Under the pieces are notes generated by a model that saw nothing but the letters and a program-made list of their open reading frames with translations, was not told the origin of the DNA and ran no database searches. 64,000 nt of DNA. Origin: a virus. Lineage: Duplodnaviria; Caudoviricetes. The stretch spans positions 1 through 64,000 of IMG/VR virus record IMGVR_UViG_3300025608_000015, one strand, 5' to 3'. Numbering within the stretch: position 1 is the first letter of the stretch; each line of letters starts with the position of its first letter. Positions 54,477 to 63,415 of the stretch are shown here, piece after piece. Made by a program: the position numbers and the translations under genes.

Positions 54477-56057
54477 ATGAGTAAATCGTTAGATGGTGTA
54501 TTAACCAAAAAAGCAAATAAAAAAGAAACATATACAGAAGAGCAGATCAATCATCTTGCAAATTGTATGGATCCTGATCTAGGTTATTTGTACTTTGCAG
54601 AAAATTTTGCTTACATTCAGCATCCTGTAAAAGGCAAATTATTATTTGAACCTTACGAATATCAACTACGATTACTCAATTCATATCATAATTATAGATT
54701 TAACATTAACATGATGCCTAGACAGACGGGAAAGACTACTTGTGCAGCTATCTATTTGTGTTGGTATGCAATGTTTAATCCAGATCAAACTATTTTGATT
54801 GCGGCACACAAGTACACAGGTGCTCAAGAAATCATGCAACGTATTCGCTATGTATATGAAATGTGTCCAGACTTTATTCGTGCAGGTGTTACAAGTTACA
54901 ACAAAGGTAGTATAGAGTTTGAAAACGGTAGTAGAATTGTAAGCCAAACAACAACAGGCAACACAGGACGTGGTATGAGTATCTCACTATTATACTGCGA
55001 TGAGTTTGCGTTCGTACAGCCTAATATTGCGGAAGAGTTCTGGACATCAATATCACCTACACTAGCAACAGGTGGTAGATCTATTCTAACAAGTACACCC
55101 AATTCAGACGAAGATACATTTGCTACAATTTGGAAACAAGCAGAGCAAAAGTTTGACGCACACGGTAACGAAAGTGAAGTTGGCATTAATGGATTTTATT
55201 CTTTTAGAGCAGATTGGTGGGAGCATCCTGACAGAGACGAAAAATGGAAAGAAGAAGAAATTGGTCGTATTGGCGAAGAAAAATTCCGCAGAGAATACGG
55301 CTGTGAATTTTTAGTATTTGACGAAACACTGATAAACTCTATTAAACTTGCTGTGCTAGAAGGATCAAGTCCTATATTAAACATGGGCCAGACTCGTTGG
55401 TATAAAAAGCCAACGAGTCAATATACATATGCAGTTGCATTAGACCCTAGTATGGGCACTGGTGGAGACTTTGCAGCCATCCAAGTATTTGAATTGCCTA
55501 GTTATGAGCAGGTTGCAGAATGGCAACACAATCAAACTGCTATTCCAGGTCAGATAAGAATACTTGCAGATATTTGTAGATATATTGAATCAGAAACTGG
55601 CATTAGTAACAATATATACTGGAGTGTAGAAAATAATGGCATAGGCGAAGCCGCACTTATTGTTATCAACGATTTCGGTGAAGAAAATATTCCAGGTATG
55701 TTTGTAAGTGAACCAATTAGAAAGGGACATGTTAGAAAGTTCCGCAAAGGATTTAACACAACACACTCTACAAAAATTACAGCATGTAGTCGTCTAAAGA
55801 CAATGATTGAAAACGATAAAATGACAATACGCAGTAAACCATTTATAAGTGAACTTAAAAACTTTGTAGCTACGGGCAGTTCCTATCAAGCAAAACTAGG
55901 ACACAACGACGATCTTATATCAGCAACTTTGTTAGCACTTAGAATGATGGCAGTATTAAAAGACTGGGATCCTAGAGTTTACAATACCTTTGTACAAACA
56001 GAGCAAGAAGAAGATTATGAGCCGCCAATGCCGATCTTCATTAGTAATAACTATTGA
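54477..56057 (+). CDS. gp17: Terminase large subunit (T4 gp17-like)
   Basis: Walker A MPRQTGKTT, Walker B LLYCDEFAF, coupling motif TSTP, nuclease ALDPS.G.GGDF and HNDDL. Confidence 0.95.
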   Translation: MSKSLDGVLTKKANKKETYTEEQINHLANCMDPDLGYLYFAENFAYIQHPVKGKLLFEPYEYQLRLLNSYHNYRFNINMMPRQTGKTTCAAIYLCWYAMFNPDQTILIAAHKYTGAQEIMQRIRYVYEMCPDFIRAGVTSYNKGSIEFENGSRIVSQTTTGNTGRGMSISLLYCDEFAFVQPNIAEEFWTSISPTLATGGRSILTSTPNSDEDTFATIWKQAEQKFDAHGNESEVGINGFYSFRADWWEHPDRDEKWKEEEIGRIGEEKFRREYGCEFLVFDETLINSIKLAVLEGSSPILNMGQTRWYKKPTSQYTYAVALDPSMGTGGDFAAIQVFELPSYEQVAEWQHNQTAIPGQIRILADICRYIESETGISNNIYWSVENNGIGEAALIVINDFGEENIPGMFVSEPIRKGHVRKFRKGFNTTHSTKITACSRLKTMIENDKMTIRSKPFISELKNFVATGSSYQAKLGHNDDLISATLLALRMMAVLKDWDPRVYNTFVQTEQEEDYEPPMPIFISNNY

Positions 56058-56063
56058 TAAATA
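56058..56063 (+). promoter_or_regulatory. Late-promoter-like TAAATA
   Basis: 5 nt before the likely ATG at 56069. Confidence 0.5.
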
Positions 56064-56068
56064 CAATT

Positions 56069-58663
56069 ATGAACAACCTTGATAAAATTGCAAGTGATCT
56101 GTTTTCTAAAATTAGAGGCAGATTTGAAAATTTAACAATCGGCAACGAAGCGGGAGAAGTTGTAACGGAACCTGAAACTGCTAGATTTTTTGATTTTACT
56201 TTTACAACAGAAGGAAAATCATTAGGCAAAGTAAGTGTTGCCCTTTCAGAAGATGACGGAATATCAGTTACATTTTCTAATGATTTTATAAACAACGAAG
56301 ATCAAGGAACACAGAATGTATGGTACAGCTTTCTTAAAGAACTAAGACAGTTTGCCAAGAAGCGTATGTTAAATTTTGACATACGTGATATTAACAGATC
56401 GAATCTAAAAAAACGAGATTACAATTTTTTAGCAAATACCGGGGACACTCAAATGACCGAATCAAAATTATACGGAACTAGCAGAACAAGTTATCAGGAT
56501 GTTGATTCTGCACGTATTGTTATCAAGCATAGAGCAAACGTTAATCAGGAAAATCCTGTTAGCAGAACACAAGGTATTGGCTCTATCTATATTGAAAGTG
56601 CAGACGGAGAAAGATTTAAGTACCCGTATCGTCACTTAAATGGAGCAAGAGCAATGGCTCGTCACGTAGCAGAAGGCGGCAAACCATTTGATGAGTTCGG
56701 TCAGCACATCACAGGATTGTCAGAAGAACTATCTAGCCTACGTAAGTTTAAAAACTACATGAGTCGTTCTAGTGTAATGGCAGAAGGTTTAGCAAGGTAC
56801 GTAGATGCAGTCAGTGAAAGAATTGAAACTATTAAATCGAGAGTACAAGGCTTACAAAGAACAGGATACTACACAGAAGCAGTAGAAGGTTTTGAAGCAA
56901 CGGTAATGGAAGATGTACCTGATGACGTTAGAGAAAATTGGATTGATCAACTTACAATTCGTCAATTTAACGAAGAGCTAAAAGATGTATTCCCATATGT
57001 ATACAGACTAGTAAGTGAAACTACACTTGCAGAAGAAATTGGTCCGGAAGATTTACTAGACGAAGACGGCGATCTATCAATGATGGCAAACAGCAGAGAT
57101 CGAGTAGAACGCACTTATGCAGAAGTGTTGAAAGGTGTTCGCGGTCGTGGTCCTGCCGAGCCTAGCGAAGTGGGTGATTACATTCCACGCGGTATGACAA
57201 AGGACGAAATCCTCAAGCTAGTTGACATGCTTGCACAATCTGGCAAATACGACGAAGATGAAATAGAAGCCATGTTAAAAGATATGGCTCCTATGATGGA
57301 AGTTGATAGTTATGACGACGCAATTGAAACCAGCTTCGAAGACCTAATGGGTCAATTTAGCGAAGCTGATAAAGAAGCTGTTGACGATGCAACATTGATT
57401 GCTCAAGAATTGAAAAAGATGGGTGTATCATCTAATGCATCAGAAAAAGAAATTTACGATATGATTCCTAAAGCAATAAAAAGCCTAAATTTAGGAAGTG
57501 TTTTAAGACAGATGAATATATCAAAAGGATATCGACGAGATATAGTTGATAATGTAATCGGTGCTTTTAGTGGCATGAAAGAGGACGACGTACTATTTAA
57601 AGTTAAAGATCCTAAAAGTGAGAAGATATTTAAGATTGTAGATTACATGGGTAAACTACAGGCATTTGATAATGATCCACACTCGGAAGAGGGCGGCGGA
57701 CAGGGCCCATGGGTATATGACGAGAAGAACAATTCTCTCGAAGATTATTACGGTCCAGATGAAGATTTAAAAGTAGCAAAAATTGACGAACAAACTAGTG
57801 AAGCAGACAGAGATAATGACATGGATGCCGCACTACACAAAAGATTTGGCATAGAAGGCGATTTTGTTCCGTTCGATGAGCGTCCGAGAGATGGCGAAGA
57901 AATTGAACTACAAGTTCCTGTAAGATACACAAAGGCAGAACAAGTTATTCGTGACACATTTAGTAATGAAACAGGCATCGATAAAGATAAAGTTTCAGTA
58001 GAATATACACGAGGCGCTCGTTCAGTTAAGATTGACGGGCAAACACCGCACCCAGAAATATTAAGTGCTCTTAACGGAACACTCGATAGTCTTGATACCG
58101 GCGGCATCGCAGGTATGTATGATGATACTGACAATGCTTCTGAAAGCGACGAATCATCAGAGCAACAACAATTACCATTAGGCGAATATGTTATGCAGTT
58201 TGTAAATCCAAAGACTGGACAAATTCCAAAAGGCGAAACTGCTGTTCTTACAAAAGTAGAAAAAGAATACGGCGAAGAATATATTGAAACTGCAAAGAAA
58301 ATGCTTGAGATGATCAATAACAAAGTTGCAGAAGTTATGGGCTACAAGGACACTGATATGCAAGAAAACCGTAAACTAAACGATGCTGACAAAAAAGTTA
58401 TGCAAAAACTAACCGGCATGATCAAACAAAAGCAACAAGAAATGGAAGACGCAAGAAAAGGCGGCCATGACGAAGACGTAAGAATGATTGCAAGCCAACT
58501 AGAAGATTTCTACTCTATTGCTGAACTAATCCAAGGCAAGAGACCAATGGGATTAGATACATCAGTAATGGATCTAGTACACGATATGTACGACGAAGTT
58601 GGCGCAAAGTTTGATCAAGGCAACGAAGAATTAAGTAGAATTAAAGATTTAGCAGGATTGTAA
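56069..58663 (+). CDS. Large acidic hypothetical protein downstream of terminase
   Basis: Likely start MNNLDKI at 56069; ordered-looking N-terminal about 330 aa followed by acidic segments; ends EELSRIKDLAGL. Confidence 0.7.
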   Translation: MNNLDKIASDLFSKIRGRFENLTIGNEAGEVVTEPETARFFDFTFTTEGKSLGKVSVALSEDDGISVTFSNDFINNEDQGTQNVWYSFLKELRQFAKKRMLNFDIRDINRSNLKKRDYNFLANTGDTQMTESKLYGTSRTSYQDVDSARIVIKHRANVNQENPVSRTQGIGSIYIESADGERFKYPYRHLNGARAMARHVAEGGKPFDEFGQHITGLSEELSSLRKFKNYMSRSSVMAEGLARYVDAVSERIETIKSRVQGLQRTGYYTEAVEGFEATVMEDVPDDVRENWIDQLTIRQFNEELKDVFPYVYRLVSETTLAEEIGPEDLLDEDGDLSMMANSRDRVERTYAEVLKGVRGRGPAEPSEVGDYIPRGMTKDEILKLVDMLAQSGKYDEDEIEAMLKDMAPMMEVDSYDDAIETSFEDLMGQFSEADKEAVDDATLIAQELKKMGVSSNASEKEIYDMIPKAIKSLNLGSVLRQMNISKGYRRDIVDNVIGAFSGMKEDDVLFKVKDPKSEKIFKIVDYMGKLQAFDNDPHSEEGGGQGPWVYDEKNNSLEDYYGPDEDLKVAKIDEQTSEADRDNDMDAALHKRFGIEGDFVPFDERPRDGEEIELQVPVRYTKAEQVIRDTFSNETGIDKDKVSVEYTRGARSVKIDGQTPHPEILSALNGTLDSLDTGGIAGMYDDTDNASESDESSEQQQLPLGEYVMQFVNPKTGQIPKGETAVLTKVEKEYGEEYIETAKKMLEMINNKVAEVMGYKDTDMQENRKLNDADKKVMQKLTGMIKQKQQEMEDARKGGHDEDVRMIASQLEDFYSIAELIQGKRPMGLDTSVMDLVHDMYDEVGAKFDQGNEELSRIKDLAGL

Positions 58664-58691
58664 AAAATCCTGTTAAATTTCAAAAATTTAG

Positions 58692-58720
58692 TTGACAAAC
58701 TAAATAAAGTTGTGTAGTAT
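58692..58720 (+). promoter_or_regulatory. Composite sigma70 + late promoter for gp32
   Basis: TTGACA(58692)-N17-TAGTAT(58715) with TAAATA (58701-58706) inside the spacer. Confidence 0.65.
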
Positions 58721-58784
58721 ATACATTGTGCTACACAAATAGGCACTAAAGCATATAGGCAAATATTATAGGAGAAAAGGCACT

Positions 58785-59798
58785 ATGGCATCATTAGCAG
58801 AAATCCGAGCGAAGCTCAAAGAACAAGAAGCAGGCGCTTCAGGCAACCGTCAATCAAGCGGCGGTGATAACGCAATCTATCCATTCTGGAACATGAACGA
58901 AGGTGAAACAGCAACCATGCGTTTCTTACCTGACGGTAATGAAGACAACACTTTCTTCTGGACAGAACGTCTTATGATTAAACTTCCTTTTAGTGGAGTT
59001 AAAGGCGATACATCTAGCAAGCCAGTACAAGTACAGATTCCTTGTATGGAAATGTACGGTGAGTCATGTAATATTCTCAACGAAGTTCGTGGCTGGTTTA
59101 AAGATCCTTCACTAGAAGACATGGGTCGTAAGTATTGGAAAAAGCGTTCTTACATCTTCCAAGGCTTTGTTACAGACAACCCGCTATCTGATGATACTAC
59201 TCCGGAAAATCCAATCCGTAGGTTTATCATTGGTCCACAAATCTTCCAGATCATTAAGCAGGCGCTTATGGATCCAGACATGGAAGAATTGCCAACAGAT
59301 TACACAGCAGGTGTAGACTTCCGTCTTAATAAAACAAGCAAAGGTGGATATGCAGACTATTCTACTTCACAGTGGGCACGTCGTGAGCGTCCATTAGGTG
59401 ATGCGGAAATGCAGGCAGTTAACACACATGGCTTGTTTAATCTAAGTGACTTCTTACCTAAAAAGCCGACAGACGTAGAGCTTAAAGTAATGCAAGAAAT
59501 GTTCGAAGCATCAGTAGATGGCGAAGCATATGATCCAGATCGTTGGAGCCAATACTTCCGTCCTGCAGGTATGGCAGCTCGCACAGGTGATCCAAACATG
59601 GCTGCTAGCCCAAATGCTACAGCAACTAGTCAAAGTGCTCCTACCCCACAACCTGCACCAATTCCTGAAACTACTGCAACAGCGGATGTACCATTTACAC
59701 CCGATCCTGCACCAGCACCACAAGCAGAAGCATCTGCAGGTGATGGCGGAAATGCGCAAGACATTCTTGCAATGATCCGTTCACGTCAAGGACAGTAA
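58785..59798 (+). CDS. gp32: Single-stranded DNA-binding protein (T4 gp32-like)
   Basis: RFLPD, C.EM.GESC, YWKKRSYI.QGFV, P...E.P.D...G.DF...KT.KG.YADYS.S; Pro/Ala linker and C-terminal DILAMIRSRQ. Confidence 0.85.
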   Translation: MASLAEIRAKLKEQEAGASGNRQSSGGDNAIYPFWNMNEGETATMRFLPDGNEDNTFFWTERLMIKLPFSGVKGDTSSKPVQVQIPCMEMYGESCNILNEVRGWFKDPSLEDMGRKYWKKRSYIFQGFVTDNPLSDDTTPENPIRRFIIGPQIFQIIKQALMDPDMEELPTDYTAGVDFRLNKTSKGGYADYSTSQWARRERPLGDAEMQAVNTHGLFNLSDFLPKKPTDVELKVMQEMFEASVDGEAYDPDRWSQYFRPAGMAARTGDPNMAASPNATATSQSAPTPQPAPIPETTATADVPFTPDPAPAPQAEASAGDGGNAQDILAMIRSRQGQ

Positions 59799-59802
59799 TA
59801 TC

Positions 59803-59830
59803 ATGGGGGAGCAATCCCCCATTTGCTTTT
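59803..59830 (+). terminator. Terminator-like hairpin between gp32 and uvsX
   Basis: ATGGGGGA-GCAA-TCCCCCAT followed by TTGCTTTT. Confidence 0.7.
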
Positions 59831-59846
59831 TAGATTAGGAGATTAT

Positions 59847-60929
59847 ATGGCAAAGGCATTTGATCCTAGCAAGTTTAGGACTTCACTAACAAAATCCATT
59901 ACAGGTATGAGTGCAGGATTTAACGATCCTACTGATTGGATTAGCACAGGTAACTATGCACTTAACTATCTTATTTCAGGAGACTGGCACAAAGGTGTTC
60001 CGCTTGGTAAGGTAACAGTATTTGCAGGCGAGTCGGGCTCAGGCAAATCATACTTCTGCTCAGGCAACATTGTAAAAGCCGCACAAGAACAAGGTATCTA
60101 TGTTGTTCTAGTTGATTCAGAAAACGCTCTTGACGAGCAGTGGTTACACGCACTTGGTGTAGATACTTCAGAAGACAAACTGTTAAAACTTAACATGTCA
60201 ATGATTGACGATGTTGCTAAAACAGTGTCAGTGTTTATGGGCGACTACAAAGCAATGAATGAAGAAGACCGTCCTAAGGTATTGTTTGTTATTGATTCGC
60301 TGGGTATGTTGCTAACACCTACTGACGTTGATCAGTTTAACAAGGGTGACATGAAAGGTGACATGGGTCGTAAGCCTAAGGCACTAACAGCACTTGTTCG
60401 TAACTGTGTTAATATGTTCGGTAGTTACAATGTAGGCATGGTATGTACTAACCATACATATGCAAGCCAAGATATGTTTGATCCGGATGATAAGATCTCG
60501 GGTGGGCAAGGCTTTGTATATGCTTCAAGTATTGTTGTAGCAATGAAAAAACTAAAACTCAAAGAAGACGAAGACGGTAACAAGACTTCAGAAGTACACG
60601 GTATCCGTGCCGCTTGTAAGGTAATGAAGACTCGTTATGCTAAACCGTTTGAAGGTGTACAGGTTAAGATCCCATATGAAACAGGTATGGATCCTTACTC
60701 AGGTATTGTAGATCTTTTTGAAAAGAAAGGTGTACTGGTTAAAGATGGTAACCGTCTGCGTTATACTACAGCAGAAGGTGAAGAGATCAAGGAATATAGA
60801 AAGAATTGGACAGGCGAGTTGCTCGATAAAGTGATGTTAGATTTTGCACAAAAAGATGACACAGTGGTAAATACCTCTGTAGAAGATGAAACTTCTACCA
60901 CTATCGAGGAGCCCGCTGTTAATGACTGA
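59847..60929 (+). CDS. uvsX: RecA-like recombinase UvsX
   Basis: Likely start MAKAFD at 59847 (AGGAG RBS); STGNYALN, Walker A GESGSGKS, DSENALD, VIDSLGML, TNHTY, ISGG.G..YASS, KTRYAKPF. Confidence 0.95.
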   Translation: MAKAFDPSKFRTSLTKSITGMSAGFNDPTDWISTGNYALNYLISGDWHKGVPLGKVTVFAGESGSGKSYFCSGNIVKAAQEQGIYVVLVDSENALDEQWLHALGVDTSEDKLLKLNMSMIDDVAKTVSVFMGDYKAMNEEDRPKVLFVIDSLGMLLTPTDVDQFNKGDMKGDMGRKPKALTALVRNCVNMFGSYNVGMVCTNHTYASQDMFDPDDKISGGQGFVYASSIVVAMKKLKLKEDEDGNKTSEVHGIRAACKVMKTRYAKPFEGVQVKIPYETGMDPYSGIVDLFEKKGVLVKDGNRLRYTTAEGEEIKEYRKNWTGELLDKVMLDFAQKDDTVVNTSVEDETSTTIEEPAVND

Positions 60930-61140
60930 AGAACAAATCACAGATGTTTGGAATCTGTTTAAAGAGTATATTGATAAAAAACAGATTGAAATTGCAGTAG
61001 AAAGATTTGTAGACTTACTTGCTGATTACGGAGTTGACGATGTTGTGTTAACTAACTGTTTAGGCAATGACAAACATCTTGATGTTGCTATTAATTACTA
61101 TCTTGATCTAGATGAAAGTTATGACGATGAGGACTACTAA
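60922..61140 (+). CDS. Small acidic hypothetical protein
   Basis: Likely start MTEEQI at 60922; coupled to uvsX and uvsY; TAAATA at 60868. Confidence 0.65.
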   Translation: MTEEQITDVWNLFKEYIDKKQIEIAVERFVDLLADYGVDDVVLTNCLGNDKHLDVAINYYLDLDESYDDEDY

Positions 61141-61595
61141 TGGGTTGGTATTCAGAGGTATCTAGAGATATTTCTAAAATTCCAGATGCAATTAACTACT
61201 TTACCGGCGAGCTCGATGAAGCTCGTCAGGAGTGCAGACTTACAGGTAATGTAGAAAGAGCTGCGGCGGCTATGCCAGGAGTAGTCGAACATCGTTTTAA
61301 TCAACTTCAAGAGATTGAAGCAATTCTTAACTATCTAAATATAGAGCTACGCAGACTGCGTAGTTCTTTCTTTAAAAAATATCTTGAAAACTATCAACGA
61401 GCGTTGTCAAGTCGTGACGTAGAAAAGTATGTTGACGGTGAAGCAGATGTTGTTGACTATGAAAAGATCATCAACGAATTTGCATTGTTACGCAATAAGT
61501 GGTTAGGTGTGTTAAAAGCACTTGATCAAAAGCAATGGCAGATTACTAATGTAGTTAAACTGCGAGTCGCAGGAATGGAAGATGCAACTTTATGA
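61140..61595 (+). CDS. uvsY: Recombination mediator UvsY
   Basis: 151-aa coiled coil next to uvsX with KYLENY.RAL.SRD.EKYVDGE...YEKI...LLRN..LGV.KALD.KQWQI.N..KLR.AG. Confidence 0.8.
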   Translation: MGWYSEVSRDISKIPDAINYFTGELDEARQECRLTGNVERAAAAMPGVVEHRFNQLQEIEAILNYLNIELRRLRSSFFKKYLENYQRALSSRDVEKYVDGEADVVDYEKIINEFALLRNKWLGVLKALDQKQWQITNVVKLRVAGMEDATL

Positions 61596-62611
61596 GTATA
61601 AAAAGAGTAGACGGACCAGCAAATAAAAGAGATGGTAGATTAGATAATATTGGCAAAAGAAAAATTGGTAGGTCTTTTTATAGAGGTGATAACTGTAATT
61701 TTAATCCCTATAAGGAAGATTTTGATAAAGAAAATTTTCTTGAAAAATATTTATTAACCGGATGGACTCCTGATAACTCGCCTATTATAAATGCAGATAC
61801 TCAGATTACTGCATTTGGTAGTTGCTTTGCTGATAATATTTCAAAACATTTATCAAAAATAGGATACACTACTTCAAAAGAAAAAGATCCTGATATCTAT
61901 GTAAGTAGCATTGGTGAAGGATTAGTAAATGTACATTCATTATTATCACAATTCAAATGGGCTTTTGATAATTTAAGACCTAGCCAAGAGTTATGGCACG
62001 GTTATAACGGTGAAGAATTTGGCTACAATGAAGAGATTAGATTACGTACAAAAAAGATTTTTTTAAATACAGATTTTTTTATAATAACATTAGGACTTTC
62101 TGAAATATGGTACGATGAGGTCACAGACGAAGTATTTTGGAGAGCAATTCCTAAAGAAAATGTAGATCCTTCTAGACATAAATTTAAAGTTTGTAGTATG
62201 CAAGAAACTAAACAATGTTTGCAAGAAATAAAAAATTATATTAATTTAAATGTACCTAACGCAAAAATTTTGTTTACATTATCGCCTGTACCACTTGCTG
62301 CAACATTCCGTCCTATAAATTGTTTAAGTGCAAATAGTGTAAGTAAAAGTATTCTGAGAGCAGCACTGGATGAATTTTTAAGAGACAACGAAACTGAATT
62401 AAATAAAAATTTGTTTTATTGGCCTTCATATGAGATTGTTTTAGATTTATTTTATGACTCATTTGGCAAGGATAACCGACATCCAAAGCAAGTTATTATA
62501 GATTTTATTATGAACCTTTTTGAAGCAGTGTATTGTGATTCTAATGTTGATATTAAAGACATAGAACAATTATATCAAAAAACAAAAAACAATATAAATC
62601 AGAGTTACTAG
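61592..62611 (+). CDS. GSCFA-domain protein (SGNH-like)
   Basis: AFGSCFADNI, FIITLGLSEIW, FTLSPVPL.ATF, AN.VSKSILRAA, Y.PSYE, DNRHP. Confidence 0.85.
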   Translation: MSIKRVDGPANKRDGRLDNIGKRKIGRSFYRGDNCNFNPYKEDFDKENFLEKYLLTGWTPDNSPIINADTQITAFGSCFADNISKHLSKIGYTTSKEKDPDIYVSSIGEGLVNVHSLLSQFKWAFDNLRPSQELWHGYNGEEFGYNEEIRLRTKKIFLNTDFFIITLGLSEIWYDEVTDEVFWRAIPKENVDPSRHKFKVCSMQETKQCLQEIKNYINLNVPNAKILFTLSPVPLAATFRPINCLSANSVSKSILRAALDEFLRDNETELNKNLFYWPSYEIVLDLFYDSFGKDNRHPKQVIIDFIMNLFEAVYCDSNVDIKDIEQLYQKTKNNINQSY

Positions 62612-62630
62612 AATAAAAAACATTACATTG

Positions 62631-62636
62631 TAAATA
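62631..62636 (+). promoter_or_regulatory. Late-promoter-like TAAATA
   Basis: 5 nt before the 62642 ATG. Confidence 0.5.
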
Positions 62637-62641
62637 GTGTT

Positions 62642-63415
62642 ATGAAAGTAGTACTAGTCACTGGAGGATTTGATCCTCTTCATTCAGGACATATACAATA
62701 TTTTTTAGCCGCCAAACAATTAGGTGATAGATTAATTGTAGGTGTTAATTCCGACGCATGGCTTACAAGAAAGAAAGGTCGTGCATTCATGCCCATCGAA
62801 GAAAGAGCCGCAGTAATACAAGCACTTAGCATGGTTGACGCTGTTGTTGCATTCGACGATGACTACGATGCTGACGATACATGTAAAAAGTTTATAGAGG
62901 ATACCTGCTGGAACTATGAAGAAGATGAAGTTGTATTTGCTAACGGTGGGGATAGAAATGACAGCAACATTCCTGAAATGGAAGTTGTTGCTGAAAATCT
63001 TAGTTTTGAATTTGGTGTTGGTGGTACAAACAAAGCTAACTCGAGTAGTTGGATACTTGAGGAATGGAAAGCACCAAGAACAGAAAGACCTTGGGGCTAC
63101 TACAGAGTACTCCACGAAGAACCAGGAGTAAAGGTTAAAGAGCTTGCCGTCAATCCAGGATGTAGTTTGTCAATGCAGCGACACAGTAAAAGAAGTGAAT
63201 ACTGGCTAGTCAGCGAAGGCACAGCATCTGTTGAATACCAGCAAAGTACAAAATGGGAAGTGCTAGACAATGTTATATTATATAAACATCAAGACATACA
63301 TATTCCTGTACATGCATGGCACAAATTAAATAACACGAGTGATAATTTACTTCGTATTGTTGAAATACAGTACGGTACAGATTGCAGAGAAGAAGATATT
63401 GAAAGAAAAAACTAA
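62642..63415 (+). CDS. Nucleotidyltransferase (cytidyltransferase/HldE domain II-like) fused to a type II mannose-6-phosphate-isomerase cupin
   Basis: VTGGFDPLHSGH (HxGH), LIVGVNSD.WL..KKG..FMP..ER, FANGGDR, SSSWIL; then ERPWG.Y, S.Q.H..RSE.W.V..G.A, I.EIQYG..C.E.DI.R. Confidence 0.85.
   Translation: MKVVLVTGGFDPLHSGHIQYFLAAKQLGDRLIVGVNSDAWLTRKKGRAFMPIEERAAVIQALSMVDAVVAFDDDYDADDTCKKFIEDTCWNYEEDEVVFANGGDRNDSNIPEMEVVAENLSFEFGVGGTNKANSSSWILEEWKAPRTERPWGYYRVLHEEPGVKVKELAVNPGCSLSMQRHSKRSEYWLVSEGTASVEYQQSTKWEVLDNVILYKHQDIHIPVHAWHKLNNTSDNLLRIVEIQYGTDCREEDIERKN

Noticed and set aside
58644-58672. CAGGATT-GTAAA-AATCCTG hairpin at the end of the 864-aa gene as a terminator
   Set aside because: The stem is weak and AT-rich with no clear U tract; not listed as a feature.
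876-60153. Dozens of 60-190 aa ORFs antisense or out-of-frame inside long genes (e.g. 2658..3110, 11558..11968, 57748..58323)
   Set aside because: They lie wholly within well-supported CDSs, mirror the sense-strand codon pattern (V/P/L/S-rich shadows), and have no RBS or motifs.
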